Positions 20,751-31,454 are shown, numbered from the whole stretch's first letter. The stretch: DNA of 62,510 bases, filler included, from an uncultured Thermoplasmatales archaeon (GCA_964517155.1; 5 parts of 5 records of this genome joined end to end with filler, not necessarily neighbours in it); one strand, 5' to 3'. Program-made: numbers and translations. The notes: a model not told the origin generated them from the sequence alone.

Positions 20751-22223
20751 ATGCTCTCAAGCAAAATGCGTGTCTCCAAGCAAAATATAGAGCTGGAGAT
20801 TTATAAAACATTCGAACAATTCAAATCAGAAACTAATGTTTGTATAGATGAATTCCTAAAAAAATTTGATGTTGTCTTGTTCAGAAACCGAGATTACCGT
20901 TCAATTGACTATCAATATGATTCATTTCTAAAACTCATCATATATCAACAGTTAAAGGGTATAAAATTCCATTCAAGATTAACGAAATTTCTTAGAAGAA
21001 ACCCTTCTGTAAAATGGAAAATTGGTTTTAGTAAAACACCTGATAGGCGAACTATTGGATATTTCATAAATCACATACTTGATGAAGAAACAAAAGAACT
21101 AATCAAGTATGCAGTTGATAAGATTGAAGAGATTTCAGAGAAATTTGGAATAATCCTTGACATTAAGATTTTGGAGCCTGAAAAACCACAGAAGCAGACT
21201 AAAACCTGGAACCAAAATCATCTAAAGAATAAGAAAACAAAAGATGTTTGTAGCCTTGTAAAAAAACGTTTTTCACCATTTATAGATCTAAACCTAAACT
21301 ATAACACGGTTTATTCAAAAAATCAGTTCATAGATCTTATGATTCATTTGGGTCAGACTAGGGATTTTGCAGAAAACGGGAATAAAACATTCAAGCAATT
21401 ACGACCTTATGGTTGTCCTGATGCAGATACACTACTTTATCATTTAAAAAACTACCAAGACACCAAGCAACTTCACAAGATGTTTACGACTCTTTTTGAA
21501 ATAGTCTGGCAAATGACAAAACAAGCTAATGTCTTTGATATTCAAAAGCGGTATGATGTCGCTATTGATTTTACAGAGTGGTATTTCTACGGAGAAAGAT
21601 CCAGCCCTATGGTCGTTGGAAAAGAACCAGATCGTGGAACCACAAAATGCTATAAGTTTGCAACTATCAATATTGTTGAGGCAGGTAAACGATTTACGAT
21701 GCTTGCTTTACCTGTCGGTCCATTTGACAATAAAGAACAAATTCTAACAAAACTACTTAGATATGCTCAACAGAGGATTAAGATTAGACGAGTTTATGTT
21801 GATCGTGGTTTTTTTGACTCAAAAGCAATTAAAGTATTCGAACAGTTTCAATTGAAATATTTGATGCCTGCTACGCAGATCCCAACAGTAAAAAAGATGC
21901 AGAGCATTGCTTCATCACCTTGTGTAATCACTGATTTTGAGATGAAAGATATAACTTTCAACCTTGTAATAGTAGAAGATGAAAATGGTGATAAAAGAGC
22001 ATTTGCCACTAATGAGGAATACAATGAGAATGATGTAAATTTGGCTGAGAGATTGTTTCTTTTGTATGGTAAACGTTGGGGTGTAGAGACAAGTTATCGT
22101 GTTAAGAAGCATTCGTATCTTCCGAAGACCACATCTAAAAGCTATTTCATAAGACTTTTTTATTTCATGTTCTCTGTATTGTTGTATAACTTGTGGATCC
22201 TTGCTGATATCCTTATTTGGCTG
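20751..22223 (+). CDS. DDE transposase, IS4 superfamily/ISH3-like, 3'-truncated by contig end
   Basis: AIDFT, VDRGF, YGKRWGVETSYRVKK (YREK-type) and RLFYFMFSVLLYNLW motifs; extra N-terminal domain. Confidence 0.92.
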
Positions 22224-22323
22224 NNNNNNNNNNNNNNNNNNNNNNNNNNNNNNNNNNNNNNNNNNNNTTAATTAATTAANNNNNNNNNNNNNNNNNNNNN
22301 NNNNNNNNNNNNNNNNNNNNNNN
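22224..22323. other. Artificial contig linker
   Basis: N-run + TTAATTAATTAA + N-run. Confidence 0.97.
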
Positions 22324-22606
22324 AAGCCCCTTTCTGTTTTAAACGGCATTCTACTATGCGTCTTACCTGCAGGCAGTCTGGACAACTGATCCCGCTGTTT
22401 AGACTTGCTCCAGGAATAGATTAGCACGTTTCATCAAATCTTTAGAAGACCTCATCACCTAGTGAATCATCGCATTATTCTGAAGCTGTGTCGTTTCTGC
22501 GCCTCTATAAGGATTCTCACCCATACTGCTTAAACAGTTTCCTGGTCCAGAACGAGAGGGGACTTTCCTCAGCGATATCCGCCGTTAGCCGTCCACCTAC
22601 GCCCAA
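22324..22606 (-). ncRNA. rnpB: Archaeal RNase P RNA (type A-like), 3' end cut by contig start
   Basis: Minus strand has GAGGAAAGTCC, GCAGAAAC, GATGAAAC, GAGCAAG, AGAATG and ACAGAAAGGGGCTT; P6 pair TCTGGAC/GTCCAGA; P8 hairpin ACTGTTTAAGCAGT. The 5' end is approximate. Confidence 0.93.
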
Positions 22607-22661
22607 CACAAACAATAACTACAAAAAACTAAGGCTTTATAAATGTTTTTAACTAACTAAA

Positions 22662-24254
22662 CTAAATAAAAGAATTTTTAGATTTCTGCGTATCAACAAT
22701 TTCACCATCAACAACTACTCTTGTTTCAAACCAAGAATTAGCAACTTTTGGCAAAGAAATAGAAATTATCACTTTTTCTTTACTAAATGCCGGTATATCT
22801 CCTATAGATTTATCCTCAGAAAGTATAATAAATCCTTCATTAGTATAAAATACTGCTTGAAAATTGACATTCTCCGCAGTTTTATTACCAAGGTTTTCAA
22901 CAAAAGCAATGATTTTTACAAAATCACCTGATTCTGTTTTTGAAAAAATTGTAACTACATCATCTTTCCATTTATGCATAACAAAATCAGTCTGTTTTAT
23001 AGGATAAACATATAACTCAGAAGGATTTTCATAATCCTTTGGCACAAACCCTAAAGGCGTATTTTTATTTGTTGTTTCAAGAAAATAATAACCATCAGTA
23101 TAAAAATCATATTTTGAAATAGCATCCTCATCTAACTTGACACCAACAGCCATATGTTCAGGTAAACGCAACAAAGCAACATCATAACCTAGTTTCTTAA
23201 GAAAACTTGCAGAAAGAATTGATGTATCCTCACAATCCCCTCCACCATTAACTAAAGTTTCAATAGGATAACTAGGATACTCATAAGAATCATCGATATC
23301 GCTGTCTTTTATATAATCAAGCGACTGCACAAAATCGTTTACATACTCAATTTTTTTAACATCAGACCTAGAATTAAAATTTTCTCCGTAACATGAACCA
23401 ATAATCGTATTTAGGAAAAAATCCAGATACAAATCATCATAAGGATCAAGTATAAAAACAGTATAATCCTCAGTAATAATCCTTTCAAGACTAGAATAAT
23501 AATCAGTCAAAAAATCAGGATATGGAACCGCAATTGTTTTATCTAAACCTTCAGAATAATATCTTGTTGAAACACTAGCCTTAACATCAAAATCAAAACT
23601 ACCACTTGCAAGATTGATACCTTCTTTATCTTTTAAAACAATTTCAAAATTGTCGCTATTAAAAACACCTTCATGAATAACAGTACAATAAATATATTTT
23701 TTAAAACCAGGTAAAATAACATCAGGAAGTATCTCTCCAGCATACGTTTCAGAGTCTGAAATTATATCTGCATAAAACGGATAAACAGGCAAATCCCCGA
23801 TATTCTCAACATATATCTTAAAACCAATAAGTGTATATTCACTTTTGTCTTTCCACCACTGCTGTTCACAATCAATAATTGATAAAATAGCTCCTTTAAA
23901 AGAAAGATCTTTAGTAAAAATCTCTTTATCATTTTTATCAAAAACCTTAAAATTGTAAATTCCAGGGTAAACTGTTTGTTTATAATTGCCAAGATTAAGA
24001 GTTGTATTACCATCGCGATAAAAAAAATCATAATCAAGCATATTTGAACTAGCATCAAAAGTTTTAAGATTAACCCGACCAGAACAAGTAAAAAAAACAG
24101 AAATCGCAGGAAAACCATTATCATCAACAATACTATAAGAATCAAGAGAAAAACTAGCTGCACCAAAAATATCCTGTAGAATACAACCTGAAAAACAAGT
24201 AAAAAGCATTGTAAAAATGCAAAATAAAATAATGATTTTTTTATTAAGAGGCAT
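22662..24254 (-). CDS. Lipoprotein with transglutaminase-like cysteine protease domain and C-terminal Ig-like domain
   Basis: Lipobox FSGC; YPIETLVNGGGDCEDTS, HMAVGV, YYFLETT (Cys-His-Glu). Confidence 0.85.
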   Translation of the reverse strand: MPLNKKIIILFCIFTMLFTCFSGCILQDIFGAASFSLDSYSIVDDNGFPAISVFFTCSGRVNLKTFDASSNMLDYDFFYRDGNTTLNLGNYKQTVYPGIYNFKVFDKNDKEIFTKDLSFKGAILSIIDCEQQWWKDKSEYTLIGFKIYVENIGDLPVYPFYADIISDSETYAGEILPDVILPGFKKYIYCTVIHEGVFNSDNFEIVLKDKEGINLASGSFDFDVKASVSTRYYSEGLDKTIAVPYPDFLTDYYSSLERIITEDYTVFILDPYDDLYLDFFLNTIIGSCYGENFNSRSDVKKIEYVNDFVQSLDYIKDSDIDDSYEYPSYPIETLVNGGGDCEDTSILSASFLKKLGYDVALLRLPEHMAVGVKLDEDAISKYDFYTDGYYFLETTNKNTPLGFVPKDYENPSELYVYPIKQTDFVMHKWKDDVVTIFSKTESGDFVKIIAFVENLGNKTAENVNFQAVFYTNEGFIILSEDKSIGDIPAFSKEKVIISISLPKVANSWFETRVVVDGEIVDTQKSKNSFI

Positions 24255-24270
24255 CGTAACTATAAACAAG

Positions 24271-25494
24271 TTATGTTTTTTCTAGTTTTTTCTTTATCAC
24301 ATCACCAAGACGCTTTATACCTTCATGTATCTGTTCATCTGTAGAATAAGAAAAATTAAGCCGCATGCTTTGCCCACCACCGTCATCTACATGAAATGCT
24401 TTACCATGAACATATGCAACTTTTTCTTTTATTGCATCAAGAAACATAGTTTCAGTATCAATATTTTCTGGAAGGGTAACCCACGCAAACATGCCACCTT
24501 TGGGTTTATAACAAGTATATCCCTCTGGGAAAAACTCTTTCATAGAGTTTATCATAATATCTCTTTTAGGCTTGTAAAGCTCACAAATTCTCATTATATG
24601 AAGATCAAGCGAGCCACGTTTCATAAATTCCAAAGCAATAAACTGAGTATAAGTATTAGTACACAAGTCAAGCGCCTGCTTACATATTATCATCTTGCGC
24701 GTAAGTTCAGGTGGACCTATAGTCCATGCAAGTCTAAAACCAGGTGATAAAATCTTTGAAAAAGTAGACATATAAATAACATGACCTTCATCATCAAAAG
24801 CTTTTATTGGTTTAATATGATCGGAATCAAAACACAGTTTTCCATATGGGTCGTCTTCTATTATTACCAGATCATAGTTATTTGCAATATCAATTAATTT
24901 CTTCCTACGGGATTCAGGTAGTATAACCCCTGCAGGGTTTTGAAAAGTAGGAACAGTATAAATAAATTTAGGAGTAATATCTGATTTTAAAAAATCTTTT
25001 ATCTTATCTTCTAACACATCTATTATCATTCCATTGTTATCAAGAGGAATACCTTGAAGGTTTGCTTCATAACTCCTAAATGCATTAATACCTCCCAGAT
25101 ATGTCGGAAGACCACAAATTGCGTAATCTCCAGGATTTAAAAAAACCTTACCAACAGTATCAAGCGCCTGCTGTGAGCCACTCATGATTATTACTTCATC
25201 AGCACTGGTTTCAACCCCCTCTTTTATTGCTCTTTCTGCAATAAGCTCTCTTAACTCAAGTAAACCTTGTGTTGTACCATATTGCAGCGCGGTTTTGCCA
25301 TGATGATCCATAACATATTCTACCACATCTTTAAGTTCATCAATTGGAAAAGAATCAGGATTTGGCAGGCCTCCAGCAAAAGAAATAATTTCAGGGTCTT
25401 GTGTAACTTTAAGAAGCTCTCTGATTACCGATTTTCGCATTTTTCCAGCTCTATCAGAGTAAAGTCTAGTTAAATCTGAAATAAAAACCACCAA
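24271..25494 (-). CDS. PLP-dependent aminotransferase class I (LysN/ARO8-like)
   Basis: ISFAGGLP, PTFQNPAG, EDDPY, STFSKILSPGFRL. Confidence 0.92.
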   Translation of the reverse strand: MVVFISDLTRLYSDRAGKMRKSVIRELLKVTQDPEIISFAGGLPNPDSFPIDELKDVVEYVMDHHGKTALQYGTTQGLLELRELIAERAIKEGVETSADEVIIMSGSQQALDTVGKVFLNPGDYAICGLPTYLGGINAFRSYEANLQGIPLDNNGMIIDVLEDKIKDFLKSDITPKFIYTVPTFQNPAGVILPESRRKKLIDIANNYDLVIIEDDPYGKLCFDSDHIKPIKAFDDEGHVIYMSTFSKILSPGFRLAWTIGPPELTRKMIICKQALDLCTNTYTQFIALEFMKRGSLDLHIMRICELYKPKRDIMINSMKEFFPEGYTCYKPKGGMFAWVTLPENIDTETMFLDAIKEKVAYVHGKAFHVDDGGGQSMRLNFSYSTDEQIHEGIKRLGDVIKKKLEKT

Positions 25495-25567
25495 GCCTGG
25501 GAATTAAAAATAGTTTTATATCTGTTTCGTAAAAAGATTCAAATATTTGTAATCTGATATGGAGGCG

Positions 25568-25756
25568 TTATTTTTCTTTTTTCAAAAACAATGGCTCTAA
25601 ATGCTCATTAAAAGCAGGCATTGTTTCAAGAGTATCCCGGCATATATTGAATCGCTTTATTATCTCCAAAGCCAACTCTTCATCTGGTGCTGTAACACCA
25701 TATTTGCCAACAAACATTTTGCTTACATCTTTCTCTTTAACCATCTCATCTGCCAT
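25568..25756 (-). CDS. Small hypothetical protein
   Basis: 62-aa ORF with protein-like composition, co-oriented with the aminotransferase. Confidence 0.55.
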   Translation of the reverse strand: MADEMVKEKDVSKMFVGKYGVTAPDEELALEIIKRFNICRDTLETMPAFNEHLEPLFLKKEK

Positions 25757-25862
25757 AAGAAACATTACTATAATACCTAGTATTATATTTATAGGTTTTT
25801 ATGTTATAAAAAAGGAGAAAAATGTGTTTTTAAAGATCATACACTCTAAAAAAATTAAGGTT

Positions 25863-25964
25863 TTATATTGCTCCAGTTACCTGAATCAATAACATTAACA
25901 CTATTACAACTGATATAAAACAAATGCTTAGTATGTCTTCTTTTTTGTTTTTACTGATTTCCAT
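25863..25964 (-). CDS. Putative 33-aa single-TM micro-protein (MEISKNKKEDILSICFISVVIVLMLLIQVTGAI)
   Basis: Purine-rich SD-like GGAAAGGG; upstream BRE/TATA-like AAAGATACATAAG and hexamer array. Confidence 0.45.
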   Translation of the reverse strand: MEISKNKKEDILSICFISVVIVLMLLIQVTGAI

Positions 25965-26008
25965 CCCTTTCCCATTTCTAAAAATTAGATAAATGCTTAT
26001 GTATCTTT

Positions 26009-26032
26009 TTTGTAGGTGAATATGCAGATGTA
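26009..26032 (-). promoter_or_regulatory. Tandem TACATA-like hexamers (EarA-type boxes)
   Basis: Minus strand TACATC TGCATA TTCACC TACAAA just upstream of a TATA-like element. Confidence 0.5.
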
Positions 26033-26140
26033 TAACTATCAGGATAACTGCAAGAATAAAAACCGTGTTTTTTTCAAAAAATTTTAAGTCACAATAGAGC
26101 ATTAAGCTAATTGACAAAATAAATGATATGGTGAAAAAAT

Positions 26141-27169
26141 ATGGAGGCGATAATTCTTGCAGGAGGTTTTGGAACTAGGCTTAGACCATTGACATACACA
26201 AGGGCAAAACCGCTATTACCAATTTTAAACAAACCAATGATAATGCATTTAATAGAATCTTTACCAAAAGAAGTAAACAAAGTGATACTTGCTGTAAATT
26301 ATCGTAAAGATCAAATAGAAGAATACTTCAATAAACAAGATTGCGGTAAAGAAATTATTATAAACGATGAGCCTACACCTCTTGGAACAGGCGGTGCTAC
26401 AAAATTTGCAGAAAAACATATAACAGGAACATTTCTAGTTTTAAACAGCGATGTTATCTGCAGTTTAAACCTTGATAAAATGATAAAGTTTCATAAAAAA
26501 AATAATTCTGCTGCAACAATTTCTCTTTGGCCAGTTAAAAACGTTTCAGAGTTTGGTGTTGCAGATGTACAAAAAAACGGTAAAGTAATAGGTTTTGTTG
26601 AAAAACCTAAACCTGAAGATGCACCTTCTGATTTAATCAATGCTGGTGCTTATTGTTTAGAGCCTTTAGTTTTAGATTATATCCAAAAAGGCAGACTTGT
26701 ATCAATGGAAAAAGAAATATTTCCTCAGATAATAAAAGATACAGATAGATTCCATGGTTTTAAATTTAAGGGTTACTGGATGGATATAGGAAGAATTAGC
26801 AGTTTTTTGGAAATAAACACATTTCTTTTAAAGAAAAAAAATCTAGAATCTTATAGAGGCATTAATTGCAAGGTTAACGGTTCTTTAAAAAAATCAACAA
26901 TCGGAAATAACGTTTTAATAGGTGATAAATCAGATATTAAAGAAACGATTATTTTTGATAACGCAGAAATAGGAGATAACGTTGTTTTATCAAACTGTGT
27001 AATAGGTGAAAACTCCAAAGTTGCTAACGGCTGCAAACTAAAATATACGGTAGTTGGAGACAACGAGAAAATAAAAGAAAAAACTATTTTGGAAAATACA
27101 ATATGTTGGACTCAGTCAAAACCTGCTGGTTATCCTGATAAACAAATAGGAAATGCAATAATAAGTTAA
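26141..27169 (+). CDS. NDP-sugar pyrophosphorylase (mannose-1-P guanylyltransferase-like) with LbH tail
   Basis: ILAGGFGTRLRPLT, KP, EKP, YWMDIG; hexapeptide repeats. Confidence 0.92.
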   Translation: MEAIILAGGFGTRLRPLTYTRAKPLLPILNKPMIMHLIESLPKEVNKVILAVNYRKDQIEEYFNKQDCGKEIIINDEPTPLGTGGATKFAEKHITGTFLVLNSDVICSLNLDKMIKFHKKNNSAATISLWPVKNVSEFGVADVQKNGKVIGFVEKPKPEDAPSDLINAGAYCLEPLVLDYIQKGRLVSMEKEIFPQIIKDTDRFHGFKFKGYWMDIGRISSFLEINTFLLKKKNLESYRGINCKVNGSLKKSTIGNNVLIGDKSDIKETIIFDNAEIGDNVVLSNCVIGENSKVANGCKLKYTVVGDNEKIKEKTILENTICWTQSKPAGYPDKQIGNAIIS

Positions 27170-27252
27170 AAATAGCTTTTTTATCGAAAACCATTTTTAT
27201 TGCTTTCTTTATTTACAGATTTGTTAATCTAAAATAATTTTGGTGATAAATA

Positions 27253-28632
27253 ATGGGCAAGCTATTTGGAACAAATGGTATCAGAGGCGTAGTAAATGAA
27301 GACATGAATATCGATCTTGCATCAGGTATAGGAAAAGCATGGGGAACGCTATTAACCAGAACAGTTAAAAAACCAAAAGTAGCAATTGGTACAGATGCAA
27401 GACTATCAAATGATATGCTTAAAAATGCTATATCTGCAGGACTACTTGCAACTGGATGTGATATTGTCGATGTAGGAATTGTTCCAACACCTGCTTTGCA
27501 ATATGCTGTTCGTGAAAAAGGATTTGATTCAGGAGTAATAATTACTGCGTCACATAATCCACCACATTTTAATGGTATAAAAGGTGTTGCTGCAGATGGA
27601 ACAGAATTTACAAAAGATGTCGAAGATGAAATAGAAAAAATATATTTTGAAAAAAAATTTAAACTAGTTGACTGGAAAAATGTCGGAAAAGTAAGTTTTT
27701 GGAATGGTGCAGGTGATCTTTATATAAATGGCATATTAAAAGCAGTAGATGTAGATAAAATAAAAAATAAAAAATTTCATGTAGTACTAGATTGTGGTAA
27801 TGGTGCAGGAAGCCTTGTTGCACCAAAACTTTTAGAAAAACTCGGGTGCAAAACAACATATCTTTTTTGTGAACCAGATGGAACATTCCCTGGTCATAAC
27901 TCAGAACCTTTACCTGAAAACCTAACTACTTTAATAGAAAAAGTTTCAAAAGTAAAAGCAGATTTTGGTGTAGCACAAGATGGTGATGCAGATAGAGCTA
28001 TATTTGTTGATGAAAAAGGAATATATATCTGGGGTGATAAAACCCTTGCATTAGCAGCAAAATATGCAACTAAAGAAAAAAGAGGAACCGCAGTTACACC
28101 TGTTACAACATCAAGCTGTTTTGACGATGTCGTACTTGAAAATAAAGGACGAATTATACATACAGCGGTAGGCTCACCAATAGTTGCACGCGTTATGATA
28201 AACGAAAAAGCAGCATTCGGAGGAGAAGAAAACGGTGGACTTATCTTTCCTGAAATGCAATACTGCCGAGATTCTGCGATGAGTATAGCAAAAATACTTG
28301 AGATAATGGCAAAAGAAAACAAAAAACTCTCAGAGCTTATAAATGAAATACCAAAATATGAAGTATACAAAACCAAAATGCCATGTCCAGATAACAAAAA
28401 AGAAAAAGTTATGAAAACACTTGCAGAGCAAACCAAAAAAGACAAAAATGTTATAAAAGTAGATGAAACAGACGGGGTAAAACTCTATTTAAAAGATGGA
28501 TGGGTGCTTATGAGACCATCAGGAACAGAACAGATTTTTAGAGTATATTCAGAATCGAAAAATAAAGCTAGATCAGAAGAAATTGCTTTAACCTATAAAA
28601 AACTTGCAGAGGATTTAATCAAAAAAATCTAA
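27253..28632 (+). CDS. glmM: Phosphohexomutase (phosphoglucosamine/phosphomannomutase)
   Basis: FGTNGIRG, TASHNP, DGDADR, GEENGG, RPSGTE. Substrate specificity not determinable from sequence. Confidence 0.85.
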   Translation: MGKLFGTNGIRGVVNEDMNIDLASGIGKAWGTLLTRTVKKPKVAIGTDARLSNDMLKNAISAGLLATGCDIVDVGIVPTPALQYAVREKGFDSGVIITASHNPPHFNGIKGVAADGTEFTKDVEDEIEKIYFEKKFKLVDWKNVGKVSFWNGAGDLYINGILKAVDVDKIKNKKFHVVLDCGNGAGSLVAPKLLEKLGCKTTYLFCEPDGTFPGHNSEPLPENLTTLIEKVSKVKADFGVAQDGDADRAIFVDEKGIYIWGDKTLALAAKYATKEKRGTAVTPVTTSSCFDDVVLENKGRIIHTAVGSPIVARVMINEKAAFGGEENGGLIFPEMQYCRDSAMSIAKILEIMAKENKKLSELINEIPKYEVYKTKMPCPDNKKEKVMKTLAEQTKKDKNVIKVDETDGVKLYLKDGWVLMRPSGTEQIFRVYSESKNKARSEEIALTYKKLAEDLIKKI

Positions 28633-29363
28633 ATGTTACTTTTAAGCATAGCTGCAAGTTCGACACCATTAACCGAAGACATATTTAAAACAAACTTTGT
28701 ACGACCATGAGACGTACCACGCATTTTTACAATCTGAAGAGTTCTAATTAGATCACCTTTTCTTACAACATCACCTAAAAATATTATGCCATCAGCAATA
28801 AACTCTTCTATATCATATTGTGAAAACTGATAAACCATAGGTGGAACCTCAGAAGTTAAAAAAGTAGTACAATCCAAAACTGTAAGAGAAGAGCCTAGTT
28901 TAAAAATGAAATCACGTATCATTTCACGGGTTTGAAGCCTGTAACATAAACTAGTAATTGAATCAATAACAAGGCGTTTTGCACCAAGCTCCTTTGTTAT
29001 ATCGCGAATTACTTCAAAAAGAATATTTGCTTCTTCAAGAGTATATCTCTCTGGATGAAGACCTAATTTATCACTTATACTCCACAGATCAATAATACTT
29101 ATTTGACCAGATTTTATAAGTTTTTCATCAAAAAAATCATATGCTGCTTGGTATTTCTTAATTTTTTTAACTGTTTCAGTAGCAGTGAAAAAAACTCCTT
29201 TTTCACCCATTTTTGCACCATTTGCTAAAAACTCCATGCAAAGAGTAGTTTTACCTACACCACTTGAACCGGCTACAAGTATTGTAGCACCAAGAGGTAT
29301 ACCGCCCTCAAGCTCACTATCTAATGCATGTATACCTGTTTTACAACGTGCTCTTTTATCCAT
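28629..29363 (-). CDS. Single-domain KaiC/RAD55-family ATPase
   Basis: TGIHALD, GSSGVGKT, RLVIDSIT, KMRGTSH. Confidence 0.9.
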   Translation of the reverse strand: MDKRARCKTGIHALDSELEGGIPLGATILVAGSSGVGKTTLCMEFLANGAKMGEKGVFFTATETVKKIKKYQAAYDFFDEKLIKSGQISIIDLWSISDKLGLHPERYTLEEANILFEVIRDITKELGAKRLVIDSITSLCYRLQTREMIRDFIFKLGSSLTVLDCTTFLTSEVPPMVYQFSQYDIEEFIADGIIFLGDVVRKGDLIRTLQIVKMRGTSHGRTKFVLNMSSVNGVELAAMLKSNI

Positions 29364-29545
29364 TATGTTTTTTTCTCCCCGAAATTAAACCAGCCTTCAA
29401 TTCCAAAATACATGACCTATTTAAAACAATTTTTCTTTTATTTATACAAAAAACATCTAGTTTTAACATTCTAACAAATAGTATTAATAATACTTTTTTT
29501 ATTAGGTGGAATTAACAAATCAAAAGATATATGGAAGTATTAAAA

Positions 29546-29962
29546 ATGAATAAGGATGAAGAGTTATCAAGATACATGATGATTGTAGAACAATGCAAAG
29601 AACAGCTAAACCAACTAGAAACCCAGTCTCAATATATACAAGCAGTAATCACAGATTACCATAAAGGACGTTTAACAATTGAACAACTAAGCAAACTAGA
29701 AAAAGAAACAGAGATGCTAATTCCAGTAGGAGGCGGAGTCTTTATCAACACAACAACAAAAAAACAAACAAAGATACTAGTAGACATAGGCGCAGGAATA
29801 GTTGCAGAAAAAACATATGAAGAAGCAATTAAAAAAATAGATGAAAGAATACAAAACATTGAAAAATCACAAGCTAAAATTGAACAGATGATGCAGAACA
29901 TACAAAATCAAGCAGAAGAAGCATCTGAAAAAGCTCAAAAATTGATGTATGAAGAAAAATAA
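29546..29962 (+). CDS. pfdA: Prefoldin alpha subunit
   Basis: Coiled coils flanking LIPVGGGVF...LVDIGAG; conserved position before ftsY. Alternative start 29531. Confidence 0.92.
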   Translation: MNKDEELSRYMMIVEQCKEQLNQLETQSQYIQAVITDYHKGRLTIEQLSKLEKETEMLIPVGGGVFINTTTKKQTKILVDIGAGIVAEKTYEEAIKKIDERIQNIEKSQAKIEQMMQNIQNQAEEASEKAQKLMYEEK

Positions 29963-29992
29963 AAAAAGTGTGTAATTAAAAGGAATTAGATT

Positions 29993-31321
29993 ATGTTTAA
30001 GTTTTTAAAAAAGAAGCTTAAAGGATTCGAAGATAAACTTGAAGCAGAACTAGAAGCAGAGCTTGCAAAAGAATTACCAAAAGTAAAAGAAGAAAAAAAA
30101 GAAACACCAAAAGCAGAATCATCAATAAAACCAGTTGAAAGAAAAGAACCGCAACCCCTCAAAAAAGAAATAGAAATAAAACAAATAACACCTGAAAAAA
30201 AGATTGAACCTGTAATTAAACCCGTAGAAACAAAAAAAGAAGAAAAAGTAAAAATTGAACCTAAAAAAGAAGAAGAACAAATTGATAAAAAAGTTGAGCA
30301 ACTCTTCAAAAAGAAAGATGATGAAGAAAGACGCAAAAGAATCGAGGCAGACCGACGCAAAAGAGAAGAAGAAATCGATAAACAAATAGAAAAATCAATA
30401 GAAGCAGAACTTGAATATACTCTTAGAACCCGTAAAAGTATCGAAGAAGCAGTAAAAACAGATAAAAAAACAACGATTACAATAAGTGATGAAAAGCTTG
30501 ATGATTTACTATGGGATTTAGAAGTAGGCTTACTTGAATCAGATGTAGCATATAGTGTTATTGAGTCAATTAAAAAAGATATAAAAGAAGAACTTAAACA
30601 TATAAGTGTAGAACGCAGCAAAATCGGTGAAATCGTTGAAAATGTTTTGAAAAATGCGATATCACATGTTTTAATGTCTAATGAACTTGATTTTGATGAA
30701 TTTATTAAAAACCATGACAAACCTGTTGTAATAATGTTTATAGGAGTAAACGGCAGCGGTAAAACACTTAGTATTGCAAAAGTTGCAACAATGCTTAAAA
30801 AGAAAGGATACAGCTGTGTAATGGCAGCAGGTGATACATTTAGAGCAGGTGCAATAGAACAACTCAGCATTCATGCAGAAAAAGTTGGAGTAAAAATAAT
30901 TAAACATGGCCCTGGTGCAGATCCTGCTGCAGTAGCATATGATGCAATAGATCATGCAAAAGCAAAACATAAAGATGTAGTACTTCTTGACACAGCAGGA
31001 CGTGTACAGACAAATATCAACCTTATGGATGAAATGGCTAAAATAAAAAGAGTTGCAAAGCCTGATTTAATAATTTTTGTAGGAGATGCTTTATCTGGAA
31101 ACGATGCAGTAGAACAAGCCCGGCGTTTCAACGAGGTATGCGGGATAGACGGGGTTATACTTACAAAGGTTGATACAGATGCAAAAGGAGGCAGCGCTCT
31201 TAGTGTTGCTTATACCATTGGAAAACCATTGCTCTTTATTGGTGTAGGCCAAGAATATGAAGACCATATCCCTTTTGACCCAAAATGGATGATCGATAAT
31301 ATTTTTGGAAAAGAAGAATAA
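29993..31321 (+). CDS. ftsY: SRP receptor FtsY
   Basis: GVNGSGKT, DTFRAGA, DTAGR, TKVDTDAKGG; charged N-terminal region. Confidence 0.96.
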   Translation: MFKFLKKKLKGFEDKLEAELEAELAKELPKVKEEKKETPKAESSIKPVERKEPQPLKKEIEIKQITPEKKIEPVIKPVETKKEEKVKIEPKKEEEQIDKKVEQLFKKKDDEERRKRIEADRRKREEEIDKQIEKSIEAELEYTLRTRKSIEEAVKTDKKTTITISDEKLDDLLWDLEVGLLESDVAYSVIESIKKDIKEELKHISVERSKIGEIVENVLKNAISHVLMSNELDFDEFIKNHDKPVVIMFIGVNGSGKTLSIAKVATMLKKKGYSCVMAAGDTFRAGAIEQLSIHAEKVGVKIIKHGPGADPAAVAYDAIDHAKAKHKDVVLLDTAGRVQTNINLMDEMAKIKRVAKPDLIIFVGDALSGNDAVEQARRFNEVCGIDGVILTKVDTDAKGGSALSVAYTIGKPLLFIGVGQEYEDHIPFDPKWMIDNIFGKEE

Positions 31322-31454
31322 AATAAACAAAAAAACCACAATTTTTTTCCACTTTTTATAATTACGATAACAACTGTAAAGAACCTGGGATATACTTGTA
31401 CAACAACGCCTTTTAAACCCTTTTTACAAAATAGTATTTGAGGAGCGATAAAAA

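Larger units (their letters stand above)
17300..22223. mobile_element. Probable cargo-carrying ISH3-like transposon (right end lost in gap)
   Basis: Block of accessory genes starting abruptly after prs and ending in a DDE transposase; candidate end TAGTACATCCGAATG at 17300. Boundary is inferred. Confidence 0.5.

Noticed and set aside
22100..22606. Transposon inserted at or targeting rnpB
   Set aside because: The transposase and rnpB are on different contigs separated by an artificial linker.
28629..29363. Circadian KaiC clock
   Set aside because: Single-domain archaeal KaiC/RAD55-type ATPase with no kaiA/kaiB; common in archaea.
29993..30480. Low-complexity Lys/Glu N-terminus of FtsY as a novel domain
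   Set aside because: Variable charged N-terminal regions are normal in FtsY.
29986..30870. 294-aa antisense ORF, and similar shadow ORFs such as 27894-28445, 38210-38668 and 24325-24747
   Set aside because: Antisense mirrors of well-supported genes with biased Ser/Phe/Ile composition and no motifs.
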